Assembly (NCBI RefSeq): GCF_006345805.1
Contig: NC_043000.1
Location: forward strand, 152,210,001-152,274,000
From: Octopus sinensis
Lineage: Eukaryota
Length of the DNA: 64,000 nucleotides
Reading direction: 5' to 3'
Shown: in pieces, positions 58,401-63,010 of the stretch
Layout of the letters: each line of letters opens with the position of its first letter
Numbering within the stretch: the stretch's first letter is position 1
Program-made: the position numbers and the translations under genes
The notes under the pieces: model-generated
What the model was told of the DNA's origin: nothing
Databases searched by the model: none
What the model saw: the letters and a program-made list of their open reading frames with translations, nothing else

Positions 58401-60056
58401 GGGACAGGTGTCCAGTATTGTTACTACTTGCGTCTCTTATAAAGATTTAGAACTAGCTACTTTGCTTTTTGAAATATAAACAATATATGGAGAAATTTAA
58501 TTTTTAAAGAAAAGACAGACCGTTGCTAAAACATTTTTCATGTGCAGTTAGGAAGTTGTAGCAGTATTTACCAATAGTATGTCTTATCCCTAATGATTGA
58601 AGTTATTAAAGGGAGACAATAATTTCTTCCTAATATTTAGTGGGATTAGAAATTTTGATTTGGAATTAAGGAATTATAAAGAAAAAGATGCATTGAGTTC
58701 ACAATGCACTTTTTGTTTACTTAGCTAGCTGGATGGAACCTCCGACCTTTCAGAACAAGAGAAAAGGAGACACTGATGGTCCTTTGGAAGACATTTGTCT
58801 TCAGCTGCTTGGACTACTGCTCCCAACTATGGTCACCACACAATATAAAGTTAACAGCAGAACTCGAAGCAATCCAGCAAAGCTACACTAAAAAGATTGT
58901 CTCATTGCAATATATCAGCTATTGGGAAAGACTGAAAGTATTAAAACTCTTCTCCCTGGCATGAAGGCAGGAGAGATATGCAGTGATATACATCTGGAAA
59001 ATTCTGGAGAACCTTGTCCTGAATTTTGGCATTGAAATTTACCCCAACAGCAGAATAGGGCACCACTGCATGGTGCCAATGATCCCAACATCACCATCAA
59101 AATACAGGACCAGATACTGCAACAGCTTGGGTTTCAGGGGATCACAGCTCCTTCCTAAATGCCTGAGAGACCTGCATGGTGTGGATGTGGGTTTCTTTAA
59201 AACTAAACTAGATCTCTTCTTGTCAGGGGTTCCAGATGAACCTACCCCTCGGCAGGAAACACAGATGCGGGCAACGGCTTCGAACTTCCTTGTTGGCCAA
59301 GTGCCATGTATCAGAGATGGCTTCACATACTAGTGTAGCACTTTCAACGGTGGTGCCCCAGCATGGCCGCAGCTTTCAGGCTGAAACATTTTTAAGGATT
59401 TTATTATGAAGATAGCTCTTTCACGAGCATTTAGGAAATTTTCAGTATTAAGATTTTCAAACTAGTATCAGAATCACATGCTCTTGAAAAAACAGTATTT
59501 CAAAAGCCTTAGAGCACTTTCGGTAAATTGGGAGAGGTACATCAAGCAAAGATGTTAGAATCAGGATTATTATTAACAAGATTTTAAACAAGTTTTATTT
59601 GCTAATATTGAAACTTATTTCATTCAGAGTGTGGTAACAGATATGATGCAACTTCTGAAGGAGAGATTCAAAGCAGTGACATGCAAGACTCAAGAACATG
59701 TAGATGGTTACTTGAAGCTAATAAGACTAGTAAGTTTTTTTGTTTATCTGTATGTTTATTTATAGTGTATGAAATGCCTAAAATAATTTGATATGTCTTT
59801 TAATGAAATTTATTGTTTCTTTTCCAAATAGATGAACGTGTCACATTGCATTTCACAAAATTTTTTGCTGACATCAATTGCAAGAAAGACTATGTGAAGG
59901 TTCTGGATGGTATTGATGAGGCTGCTCCTGTAATTGGAACATACTGTGGTCGACAATTGCCACCTACAATTACATCTATGGGTTCAGCACTTTATGTAAT
60001 CATCCAGAAAAATGAAAGCCTCATATTCCATGCAACGTTTTCAACATCTACATCAA
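1678..60056 (+). CDS. CUBN: Cubilin-like multi-CUB receptor, internal part (16 exons, 8 tandem CUB domains; gene extends beyond both window ends)
   Basis: 16 AG/GT(GC)-bounded exons join in frame with no stop (2718 nt). Eight CUB repeats (C-G-G...C.W.I...F...C..DY/NY.E...G.YCG...GF...Y) separated by phase-1 introns, no EGF or Sushi modules. Motif order recalls human cubilin CUB4-11 (e.g. LEIRQGSYETSPLLG...SHSN; YYHQAECLW; LDG..EAAP.IGTYCG). Confidence 0.85.
2013..2340 (+). mobile_element. SINE family A, 5'-truncated
   Basis: Near-identical to other A copies; 13-bp TSD gttatcaattgcc on both sides. Confidence 0.9.
2993..3410. repeat. Two 60-bp direct repeats 358 bp apart, each with a 7-bp hairpin
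   Basis: gtaaagtatactagccatctcaatatggctaaccactaagggtgggtgttactgtagctt at 2993-3052 and 3351-3410. Confidence 0.85.
4929..5088 (+). CDS. CUBN: Cubilin-like exon 2 (C-half of CUB a)
   Basis: ttccag|ATT CGA ... GCA G|gttggt; IRQGTSKTSPLLGKYCNY...GFRANYTTNDA; phase 0 to 1; not in ORF track. Confidence 0.9.
5150..5563 (-). mobile_element. SINE family B (tRNA-like head, internal (TA)n(TG)n, GAGTAAAA-repeat tail)
   Basis: One of 15 near-identical full-length copies in the window. Confidence 0.95.
5725..6873 (-). mobile_element. Decayed mariner (DD34D-type) transposon, split by a SINE-B
   Basis: Minus-strand remnants: N-terminal ..ANVKFCVKLEKSATET...W...FKSGRTPLEDDERSGR and C-terminal WFIHDDN...HPPFSPDLA..FHLFPK; mariner-like terminus CAAGGTGGTATCAAAAAGTTCCCGG ending at 6873 followed by TA. 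Confidence 0.8.
6083..6496 (+). mobile_element. SINE family B
   Basis: Full-length copy inserted in the mariner relic. Confidence 0.95.
7113..7524 (+). mobile_element. SINE family B
   Basis: Full-length copy. Confidence 0.95.
7902..8118 (+). CDS. CUBN: Cubilin-like exon 3 (N-part of CUB b)
   Basis: tttgaag|GT TGT GGT ... CTA AA|gtaaga; CGGVLTGP...YPNGIRCIWNI...FALESHSTCDHDYVKIIDG; phase 1 to 2. Confidence 0.92.
8155..8338. repeat. Compound microsatellite (CT)/(GTCT)/(GT)/(CA)
   Basis: Directly visible; source of four spurious ORFs. Confidence 0.95.
8453..9543. mobile_element. Candidate solo LTR interrupted by a SINE-A
   Basis: Starts TGTAAG, ends CTTACA, AATAAA near the end; no TSD found. 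Confidence 0.4.
8916..9299 (+). mobile_element. SINE family A, full length
   Basis: tRNA-like A box (TGGCCCAGTGG) and B box (GGTTTCGATTCC); tail ...accgacagagtgcttcca. Confidence 0.95.
9825..10135 (+). mobile_element. SINE family D, diverged
   Basis: tRNA-like head plus ttgagcaagacact core; homologous to 37932-38250. Confidence 0.8.
11644..11877 (+). mobile_element. SINE family C
   Basis: ggcgagctggcagaa head; gcctttcatccttccggggtcgataaattaagtacc core; tail gggtagtaaagaaata. Confidence 0.9.
12732..13116 (-). mobile_element. SINE family A, full length
   Basis: 18-bp TSD atctaaggcatctacttt. Confidence 0.95.
13385..14031 (-). mobile_element. CR1-clade LINE 3' fragment
   Basis: ORF 13471-14118: RPILEYG..SSPYL.KDIQHLERVQK.AT...LSYEERL..L.LYSLEKRRRRGDLI...RGHS.KL; (CTAA)n tail. 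Confidence 0.92.
14644..14774 (+). CDS. CUBN: Cubilin-like exon 4 (C-part of CUB b)
   Basis: ttttag|A TAT TGT ... AAT G|gtaata; YCGSNIPPAFTSSSSRITVIFKADSSVAFRGFKAMY; phase 2 to 1. Confidence 0.92.
14842..15240 (+). mobile_element. SINE family B
   Basis: Full-length copy, 68 nt after exon 4 donor. Confidence 0.95.
15599..15785 (+). CDS. CUBN: Cubilin-like exon 5 (N-half of CUB c)
   Basis: tttatag|TC TGT GGA ... ATA CG|gtaagt; CGGTYTASEGVLMSPDYP...CIWVI...GCSLNFLEIR; phase 1 to 2. Confidence 0.92.
15845..16172 (+). mobile_element. RTE LINE 3' end (UTR with VNTR units, (GAT)n tail)
   Basis: aggaagggcatccagc...ccatgctggcattg...ggacattaagcaatgatgatg. Confidence 0.8.
16259..16570 (+). mobile_element. 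Chimeric SINE: family-A head with a different tail
   Basis: Matches SINE-A to about 16440, then unrelated tail ending gtcacggtgatcacggtgat. Confidence 0.75.
16690..16975 (-). mobile_element. RTE LINE 3' end
   Basis: catcatcgtttaacgtccgctttccatgctagcatggg start plus VNTR-like units. Confidence 0.8.
17131..17553 (+). mobile_element. SINE family B
   Basis: Full-length copy; its 3' half is re-duplicated at 18659-18878. Confidence 0.95.
17590..18616 (-). mobile_element. Internally deleted Tc1-family transposon (copy 1)
   Basis: MGQKRDLTSNEKSTIL N-terminus at 18443; QDNTPSHA...EWPPCSPYLNLIENLWS catalytic tail (17604-17900); terminus CTGTGTCCCACATTATTAGGCA next to TA. Confidence 0.85.
17942..18160. 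mobile_element. piggyBac-type MITE
   Basis: TTAA TSD on both sides; TIR CCCTTTAGT/ACTAAAGGG; 219 bp; nested in the Tc1 relic. Confidence 0.85.
18915..19941 (-). mobile_element. Internally deleted Tc1-family transposon (duplicated copy 2)
   Basis: Same as copy 1, +1325 bp; contains the same MITE at 19267-19485. Confidence 0.85.
20585..21035 (-). mobile_element. SINE family B
   Basis: Full-length copy. Confidence 0.95.
21498..21830 (-). mobile_element. RTE-clade LINE 3' fragment (second lineage)
   Basis: LSWKRHPTKMQIYGKLPP...FAGHCCR...LLLWKP...RGR...DTG...MMDREVW, then (GAT)n. Confidence 0.85.
22166..22326 (+). CDS. CUBN: Cubilin-like exon 6 (C-half of CUB c), GC donor
   Basis: catctag|A CAG GGA ... 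ACA G|gcaagt; QGSYETSPLLGRYCGQNIP...SHSNHLRV...KGFKILYDSLTT; phase 2 to 1; not in ORF track. Confidence 0.88.
22375..22925 (+). mobile_element. RTE LINE 3' end, interrupted by SINE-C
   Basis: DLRMLGLTGEMTRDWEMWRFAVLDKT* followed by UTR and (GAT)n. Confidence 0.75.
22661..22880 (-). mobile_element. SINE family C
   Basis: Reverse complement of 11644-11877. Confidence 0.9.
23632..23854 (+). mobile_element. Non-autonomous Helitron, 3' part
   Basis: Hairpin cccgagcaacgccggg followed by CTAG|T. Confidence 0.8.
24440..24905 (+). mobile_element. RTE LINE 3' end with VNTR (periods 67, 67, 67, 63 bp)
   Basis: Repeated ggtggcacataaaaagcaccatc units; (GAT)n tail. Confidence 0.9.
24925..26190 (-). mobile_element. 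Decayed RTE LINE (ORF2 C-terminal part plus UTR)
   Basis: LESKGLRVNLAKTKVL followed by Cys-rich insert (ORF 25724-26077); UTR ends tail-to-tail with the + copy at 24905. Confidence 0.85.
26583..26992 (-). mobile_element. SINE family B
   Basis: Full-length copy. Confidence 0.95.
27137..27312 (+). CDS. CUBN: Cubilin-like exon 7 (N-half of CUB d)
   Basis: cttgcag|GA TGT GGT ... TTA GAG|gtaagt; CGGELYAESATIESPHYP...ECLWNI...FQLENSCIYDYLE; phase 1 to 0. Confidence 0.93.
27335..27704. repeat. Unclassified palindromic element (66-bp-arm hairpin, 2x about 52-bp CCAAT repeats, terminal 22-bp palindrome)
   Basis: Arms 27335-27400 and 27413-27478 (64/66 complementary); gtatctaacatatgttagatac at 27683-27704. 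Confidence 0.85.
27950..28131 (+). mobile_element. RTE LINE 3' end (short)
   Basis: acgtaaaaagcacccactacactc...ggacgttaaacgaagatgatg. Confidence 0.85.
28677..29197. repeat. Foldback cluster of SINE-C copies (161-bp inverted arms)
   Basis: 28677-28837 is the inverse of 29037-29197, about 3 mismatches, including non-SINE flank. Confidence 0.9.
30034..30438 (-). mobile_element. SINE family B
   Basis: Full-length copy; an older diverged B-like copy follows at about 30470-30880. Confidence 0.95.
30959..31112 (+). CDS. CUBN: Cubilin-like exon 8 (C-half of CUB d)
   Basis: tttttag|GTT CGG ... ACT G|gtaaac; VRDTNQYGVSLGKFCGMQKPP...FIKFRTDGSVSYRGFKFSYNT; phase 0 to 1; not in ORF track. Confidence 0.92.
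31394..31614. mobile_element. piggyBac-type MITE (second family)
   Basis: TTAA TSDs; 13-bp TIR CCCTTTCGTTACC/GGTAACGAAAGGG; 221 bp. Confidence 0.88.
33123..33693 (+). mobile_element. Non-autonomous Helitron, full length with internal duplication
   Basis: A|TC start (tctttatatataaaag), 3' hairpin plus CTAG|T, no TSD. Confidence 0.88.
33958..34365 (+). mobile_element. SINE family B
   Basis: Full-length copy. Confidence 0.95.
34849..35130. repeat. Foldback inverted duplication (about 130-140-bp arms, 9-nt loop)
   Basis: 34849-34980 vs 34990-35130; a single-arm homolog lies at about 63100-63240. Confidence 0.88.
35531..35715 (+). CDS. CUBN: Cubilin-like exon 9 (N-half of CUB e)
   Basis: ttttcag|TG TGC AAT ... 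TTA GAA|gtaagt; CNQMELTDINGIIESPGFP...NCTWVI...FDTEPGLNCKYDYLE; phase 1 to 0. Confidence 0.93.
35793..36199 (+). mobile_element. SINE family B
   Basis: Full-length copy in a (TAA)n tract, 78 nt after exon 9 donor. Confidence 0.95.
36200..36870 (+). mobile_element. R4/Dong-clade non-LTR retrotransposon 3' fragment
   Basis: HIVSECCKLAQREYK.HDNVGRYVHW...KILWDFNIQCD...PDMII...IIDVAIP...KVVVIPVV.GALG (zinc knuckle plus RLE), followed by (AAT)n. Confidence 0.82.
37324..37727 (+). mobile_element. SINE family B
   Basis: Full-length copy. Confidence 0.95.
37932..38250 (+). mobile_element. SINE family D
   Basis: ggcgcatggctcagtggttagagc head; ttgagcaagacactttatttc core. Confidence 0.85.
38318..38550. 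repeat. Long degenerate (AAT/GAT)n microsatellite
   Basis: Directly visible, about 230 bp. Confidence 0.95.
38842..39001 (+). CDS. CUBN: Cubilin-like exon 10 (C-half of CUB e)
   Basis: ttaaaag|GTG CGT ... ACT G|gtaagt; VRNGDQANSPLLGKFCG...FVTDTSLVKLGFRVEY; phase 0 to 1. Confidence 0.93.
39126..39195 (+). other. 70-nt intronic hairpin (pre-miRNA-sized or mini-MITE)
   Basis: 30-bp stem with two G-U pairs and 10-nt loop. Confidence 0.45.
39849..40246 (+). mobile_element. Non-autonomous Helitron, full length
   Basis: A|TC ... cccgagcaacgctggg ... CTAG|T; same family as 33123-33693. Confidence 0.88.
40755..41168. mobile_element. Two SINE-C copies tail-to-tail (+ 40755-40933, - 40944-41168)
   Basis: Inverted copies separated by about 10 nt. 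Confidence 0.88.
41294..41947 (+). mobile_element. CR1-clade LINE 3' fragment
   Basis: SPLAQCVHAANKARGVLFLIRRSF...LSYEERL...YSLEKR; (CTAA)n tail; close relative of 13385-14031. Confidence 0.92.
42654..42826 (+). CDS. CUBN: Cubilin-like exon 11 (divergent N-half of CUB f)
   Basis: atttag|GT TGT GTA ... TTA AAG|gtattc; CVRKLTSLSGKLRARSWHVNDYFCIWLITVNPGRKVQLNV...CNSTFLK; supplies the phase 1 to 0 link the flanking exons require; not in ORF track. Confidence 0.85.
43632..43797 (+). CDS. CUBN: Cubilin-like exon 12 (C-half of CUB f)
   Basis: ttttcag|GTT TTT GAT ... GGA G|gtgaga; VFDGDNLKSSVLANLC...TSTGNKMTV...DGFQVEY; phase 0 to 1. Confidence 0.9.
44025..44344 (-). mobile_element. SINE family A with internal deletions
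   Basis: Reverse complement of the family consensus. Confidence 0.9.
45422..45722 (-). mobile_element. RTE LINE 3' end with VNTR
   Basis: Family tail plus 2 units. Confidence 0.85.
45725..46087 (-). mobile_element. Chimeric SINE: family-D head with family-A tail
   Basis: 45945-46087 matches the D head; 45757-45930 matches the A tail; (TAA)n end. Confidence 0.75.
46257..46795 (-). mobile_element. RTE LINE 3' end with about 5.7 x 63-bp VNTR
   Basis: Unit translates as a 21-aa repeat in the ORF track; (GAT)n tail. Confidence 0.9.
47281..47737 (+). mobile_element. SINE family B
   Basis: Full-length copy. Confidence 0.95.
47757..48050 (+). mobile_element. Decayed RTE reverse-transcriptase fragment
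   Basis: DLEKTFDRV ... SVHQGSVLSSLL remnants. Confidence 0.7.
48061..48460 (+). mobile_element. SINE family A, full length
   Basis: A/B boxes; approximate TSD atttgtaa.gt. Confidence 0.95.
48620..49032 (+). mobile_element. SINE family B
   Basis: Full-length copy. Confidence 0.95.
49375..49880 (-). mobile_element. RTE LINE 3' end with VNTR, ending just before exon 13 acceptor
   Basis: Family tail plus about 4 units. Confidence 0.88.
49913..50088 (+). CDS. CUBN: Cubilin-like exon 13 (N-half of CUB g)
   Basis: ttcctag|GT TGT GGT ... CTC ACA|gtaagt; CGGNYVIQDGSLTSPNYPHNYPHNSNCDWLI...NCSSNYLT; phase 1 to 0. Confidence 0.93.
50260..50625 (-). mobile_element. RTE LINE 3' end with VNTR
   Basis: Family tail plus about 3 units. 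Confidence 0.88.
51108..51497 (-). mobile_element. SINE family A, full length
   Basis: 14-bp TSD tacgccagtatcat. Confidence 0.95.
51685..52410 (-). mobile_element. RTE LINE 3' end plus rearranged ORF2 fragment
   Basis: Family tail; LKINLGTKVL...C.KC...CS...FTCGRC remnant (ORF 52142-52396). Confidence 0.75.
53170..54460 (-). mobile_element. RTE LINE ORF2 C-terminus contiguous with VNTR-bearing 3' UTR; SINE-A inserted
   Basis: RRLHWYGHV..MDEESCVKKC...GRGRPRNTWDEVV..D...TKD.DLW (ORF 53644-53946) runs directly into the repeat-bearing UTR. Confidence 0.88.
53956..54301 (-). mobile_element. SINE family A
   Basis: 12-bp TSD cacactgacatt inside the RTE copy. Confidence 0.95.
55765..56037 (+). mobile_element. 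RTE LINE 3' end, diverged
   Basis: gcacgtaaaaaagcacc...ggacattaaatgatgatg. Confidence 0.75.
56165..56309 (+). CDS. CUBN: Cubilin-like exon 14 (C-half of CUB g)
   Basis: cttcag|ATG TCT ... CAA G|gtaagt; ...DQYCGHSL...MHTDNSSLAKGFKLKYSQ; phase 0 to 1. Confidence 0.9.
56326..56724 (-). mobile_element. SINE family B
   Basis: Full-length copy starting about 17 nt after exon 14 donor. Confidence 0.95.
57795..58195 (+). mobile_element. RTE LINE 3' end with VNTR
   Basis: About 4 units plus (GAT)n tail. Confidence 0.88.
58731..59390 (+). mobile_element. CR1-group (Crack/L2-like) LINE 3' fragment sharing its tail with SINE-B
   Basis: LDYCSQLWSP...LEAIQ..YT..I...SYWERLK.LKLFSL...RY..IYIWKILE...FKTKLDLFL..VPDEP; 3' UTR ggtggtgccccagcatggccgcag...ctgaaaca. 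Confidence 0.85.
59628..59729 (+). CDS. CUBN: Cubilin-like exon 15 (N-part of CUB h)
   Basis: cattcag|AG TGT GGT ... ACT A|gtaagt; CGNRYDATSEGEIQSSDMQDSRTCRWLLEANKT; phase 1 to 1; not in ORF track. Confidence 0.85.
59832..60056 (+). CDS. CUBN: Cubilin-like exon 16 (remainder of CUB h)
   Basis: caaatag|AT GAA CGT ... TCA A|gtaagt; ERVTLHF...NCKKDYVKVLDG...GTYCGRQLPPTITSMGSAL; phase 1 to 1. Confidence 0.92.
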
Positions 60057-60144
60057 GTAAGTTCTTTGTTTATACACACACACAGATACACACACACACA
60101 CACACACTCACACAGACAGACACACACATACACACAAACACACA

Positions 60145-60355
60145 ATGGGTGTGGAAATATTTCTGGCTTTGGGTAAAAGAAAATACAGGAGGATCAGATA
60201 ATTATGATTTTACTCAAAATATTCCCCTGTCCGATTAACACTTATTGCAGCAATCCTTCAGTTTTTCTAAGCCCAGTAAAAGAACTTGGAAGGTCAGACC
60301 TCCAACCAGGCCTTTCATGATACCCTTAAAGCTAGGAACTTTTCAGCACCCAATC
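60145..60355 (-). mobile_element. Internally deleted mariner (MITE-sized)
   Basis: Imperfect TIRs gggtgtggaaatatttctggctttgggta and tacccttaaagctaggaacttttcagcaccc; minus strand retains C-terminal ...GEYFE*. Confidence 0.7.
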
Positions 60356-60369
60356 ATGTGTGTGTGTGT

Positions 60370-61120
60370 ATCATCATCATCGTTTAACGTCCGTTCTCCA
60401 TGCTAGCATGGGTTGGACGGTTCGACTGGGGATCTGGGAAGCCAGAAGGCTGCACCAGGCTCCAGTCTTATCTGGCAGTGTTTCTACAGCTGGATGCCCT
60501 TCCTAACGCCAACCACTCCGTAAGTGTATTCCAACCACTCCGTGAGTGTATGTGTGTGCAATGTATGTGTGTGCAATATCATTGTCATCATCATCATCAT
60601 CGTCAACATTTAACATCTGCTTTCCATGTTGGCATGGGTTAGACAGTTTGACAGGAGCTGACCAACTGAAGGTTCTGTTCAAGCTCCATATATATTTTAG
60701 CATGGTTTCTATGGCTGGATGCCCTTCCTAACACCAACCACTTTACAGAGTGTACTGGGTGCTTTTTACGTGGTACCAGCAACTATGAGCCTGCAAGATT
60801 AGGGATGCTCATCTGGAGAGGGTCACAGGGGAAGAGCCAGTATACAAGGGCAACCATGCTTTTAATTAGCTTGACGTGTCTTTTCAAGCACAGCAAACAA
60901 TCAGGAGTTTCAGTCCCCTGTCATCCCTTCTGTGAGTCCCGACATTTGTGGATCCTTTCTCACCACTTTGTCCCATATCTTCCTGGGTCTTCCCCTTCCA
61001 CCTGTTCCCTCTACAATTAGAGATTGGCACCTCTTGATGCAACTGTCATATGCATTACATGGCCATACCAGTGCAGTTTTATCTCTTGCACGCTACATCT
61101 TATGGCAGCCAAAAGTCCCT
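60370..61120 (-). mobile_element. Two adjacent RTE LINE 3' ends
   Basis: Family tails at about 60370 and 60590; LHWYGHV remnant near 61060. Confidence 0.75.
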
Positions 61121-61164
61121 TGATCAAAAGTTCATGTTCAACCCCAACTACTCTTAGACTACCT

Positions 61165-61870
61165 TGGCCATTTGGGCCAGGGCACCATCCTGCTGAAAGA
61201 TGTAGTCCACCTTCTTCATGATTTTTCTCATCCAAGGCCATGATTTTTCATGGCCAAGATGTTCCTGTAGTCAGTTACAGTGAACCTGTAACCAGCCATG
61301 GACCACACTGGTGGCATCTTCTTGCCATTTGAAGCCACAGCACCGAGTATCATCACGGAGGCTGGGTACCTGGTTGTGGACACGTAGCAGACCTCAGAGA
61401 TATCCTGCGCAAAGCTGACCATATGTTGATGACCGGATTGACTGTGAAGGATTTCATCAGAAAAAACTGAGAATTTCATTGCTATGACACTTCAAGTCAT
61501 TGAGAAGGCGACAATTGTGCTCCTGGCATTGTTCTTGCATATAGTCTGTGAGCAGAGGCCTTTCCACTTACCTCAAGCTCTTGCTGCCTACCTCCTGACA
61601 GTCCTGGACACTGTGGCCACTGAGATGTTGCTTGTCCTTCATGAGTGCAGTCATTTTGAGCTTCAAATCAGTTTCGAAGACCTTTCTCACAGCCCAATGG
61701 TCAACAACTTGAGGTCAATCTTTGAGTTCTCTCCTATTTTTGAACCTCTCCATAACTCTGTGGACAATCATCTGGCTGACATTGAGCCGCTTGGGGATAT
61801 CAGACTTGTTGTGGCCTGCATGTGGAAATTTCAACTTGTATGTTTGGTTTTCTACTCAAAAATAAAACAT
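61165..61870 (-). mobile_element. Decayed Tc1/mariner transposase (DD37D/maT-like)
   Basis: VFSDE...PASVMILGAVASNGKKMPPVW...Y (ORF 61228-61479), frameshifted FQQDGAP-like motif, HTH remnant SVATVSRTVR. Confidence 0.75.
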
Positions 61871-62112
61871 CTGCAGACATGCAATAGATGGCTAGAATAC
61901 ACTGATGTGCTTCATGAGGACACACTCTGGATTGTGATCCCTTTTATATACTGTGTGTGTATGTTTTTGTATGTGTACCTGTCTGTTTTTATGCAAGAAG
62001 AAAACAAAGAAAAGCAAAAAGTAAAACAAAATATTGAAAATTATAAGGCGTGAAATAATTTACATGCAGTTGTCAGAAGTTACACAGAACTTAATTCTTT
62101 AGCATTTAAACA

Positions 62113-62320
62113 GGCCATCATCATCAAGTTTCCTTGACTGGTGCCACCAGTCATTGGGGTACCACCCTAAATGCTTTTGCAGGCGGCTATTGCCACCAGT
62201 CTCTGTTCTCTGTCGTGTGTAGCAGGGTCACAGCGTTGGAACCTGTTCAGTCTTTGATGTTGTCAGACCAGGATTTTCTGTCTGCTTCTCTTTTGCCCTT
62301 TTTGGTTTTGGACAGGGAGT
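62113..62320 (-). mobile_element. RTE/BovB-like LINE extreme 3' end (third lineage)
   Basis: RK.W.DNIKD.TG...LL...ENRDWW remnant plus (GAT)n. Confidence 0.6.
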
Positions 62321-62332
62321 TGTATAGGGATA

Positions 62333-62559
62333 CTCTTTTACTCTTTTACTCTTTTACTTGTTTCAGTCATTTGACTGCGGCCATGCTGGAGCACCGCCTT
62401 TAATCGAGCAACTCGACACCGGGACTTATTCTTTTGTAAGCCCAGTACTTATTCTATCGGTCTCTTTTGCCGAACCGCTAAGTAATGGGGACATAAACAC
62501 ACCACCATCGGTTGTCAAGCAATGCTAGAGGTACAAACACAGACACACAAACACACACA

Positions 62560-62599
<40 letters not shown>

Positions 62600-62761
62600 A
62601 CGGGCTTCTTTCAGTTTCCGTCTACCAAATCCACTCACAAGGCTTTGGTCGGCCCGGGGCTATAGTAGAAGACACTTGCCCAAGGTGCCATGCAGTGGGA
62701 CTGAACCTGGAACCATGTGGTTGGTAAACAAGCTACTTACCACACAGCCACTCCTGCGCCT
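62333..62761 (-). mobile_element. SINE family B
   Basis: Full-length copy. Confidence 0.95.
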
Positions 62762-62794
62762 TAACCGTACAAAGTAAGTTTATGTTATTAAGAC

Positions 62795-63010
62795 ATAAAC
62801 TGGCCCCGTCCAGCCCAAATAGTCTCCCTGTTTTATGTTCAAACCAGTCTCCCACACCTACCTACAATGTCATTAAAAAAAATCAAAAAAGACAAAAAAC
62901 TCTCATATTATGGAAATCTTAAATCTACAAGTTAATGCTTGATTAATTCTAAACAATATTAATAAATAAGCATTATATTTGATTGAGAAATCTGAATGCT
63001 AAAGAGTTAA
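62795..63010. mobile_element. Degenerate copy of the 17942-18160 MITE family
   Basis: Shared ctgttttatgttcaaac...cacacctac.ctacaatgt...gcattat.tttgattga...ctaaag.gttaa. Confidence 0.65.

Noticed and set aside
1678-60056. Tolloid/BMP1 or CSMD identity for the CUB gene
   Set aside because: Eight CUB domains run consecutively with no EGF, astacin or Sushi exons, and the exon phases leave no gap for them
61484-62053. 189-aa plus-strand ORF
   Set aside because: Antisense to the decayed DD37D-like transposase; no domain motif and no usable splice context linking it to the CUB frame
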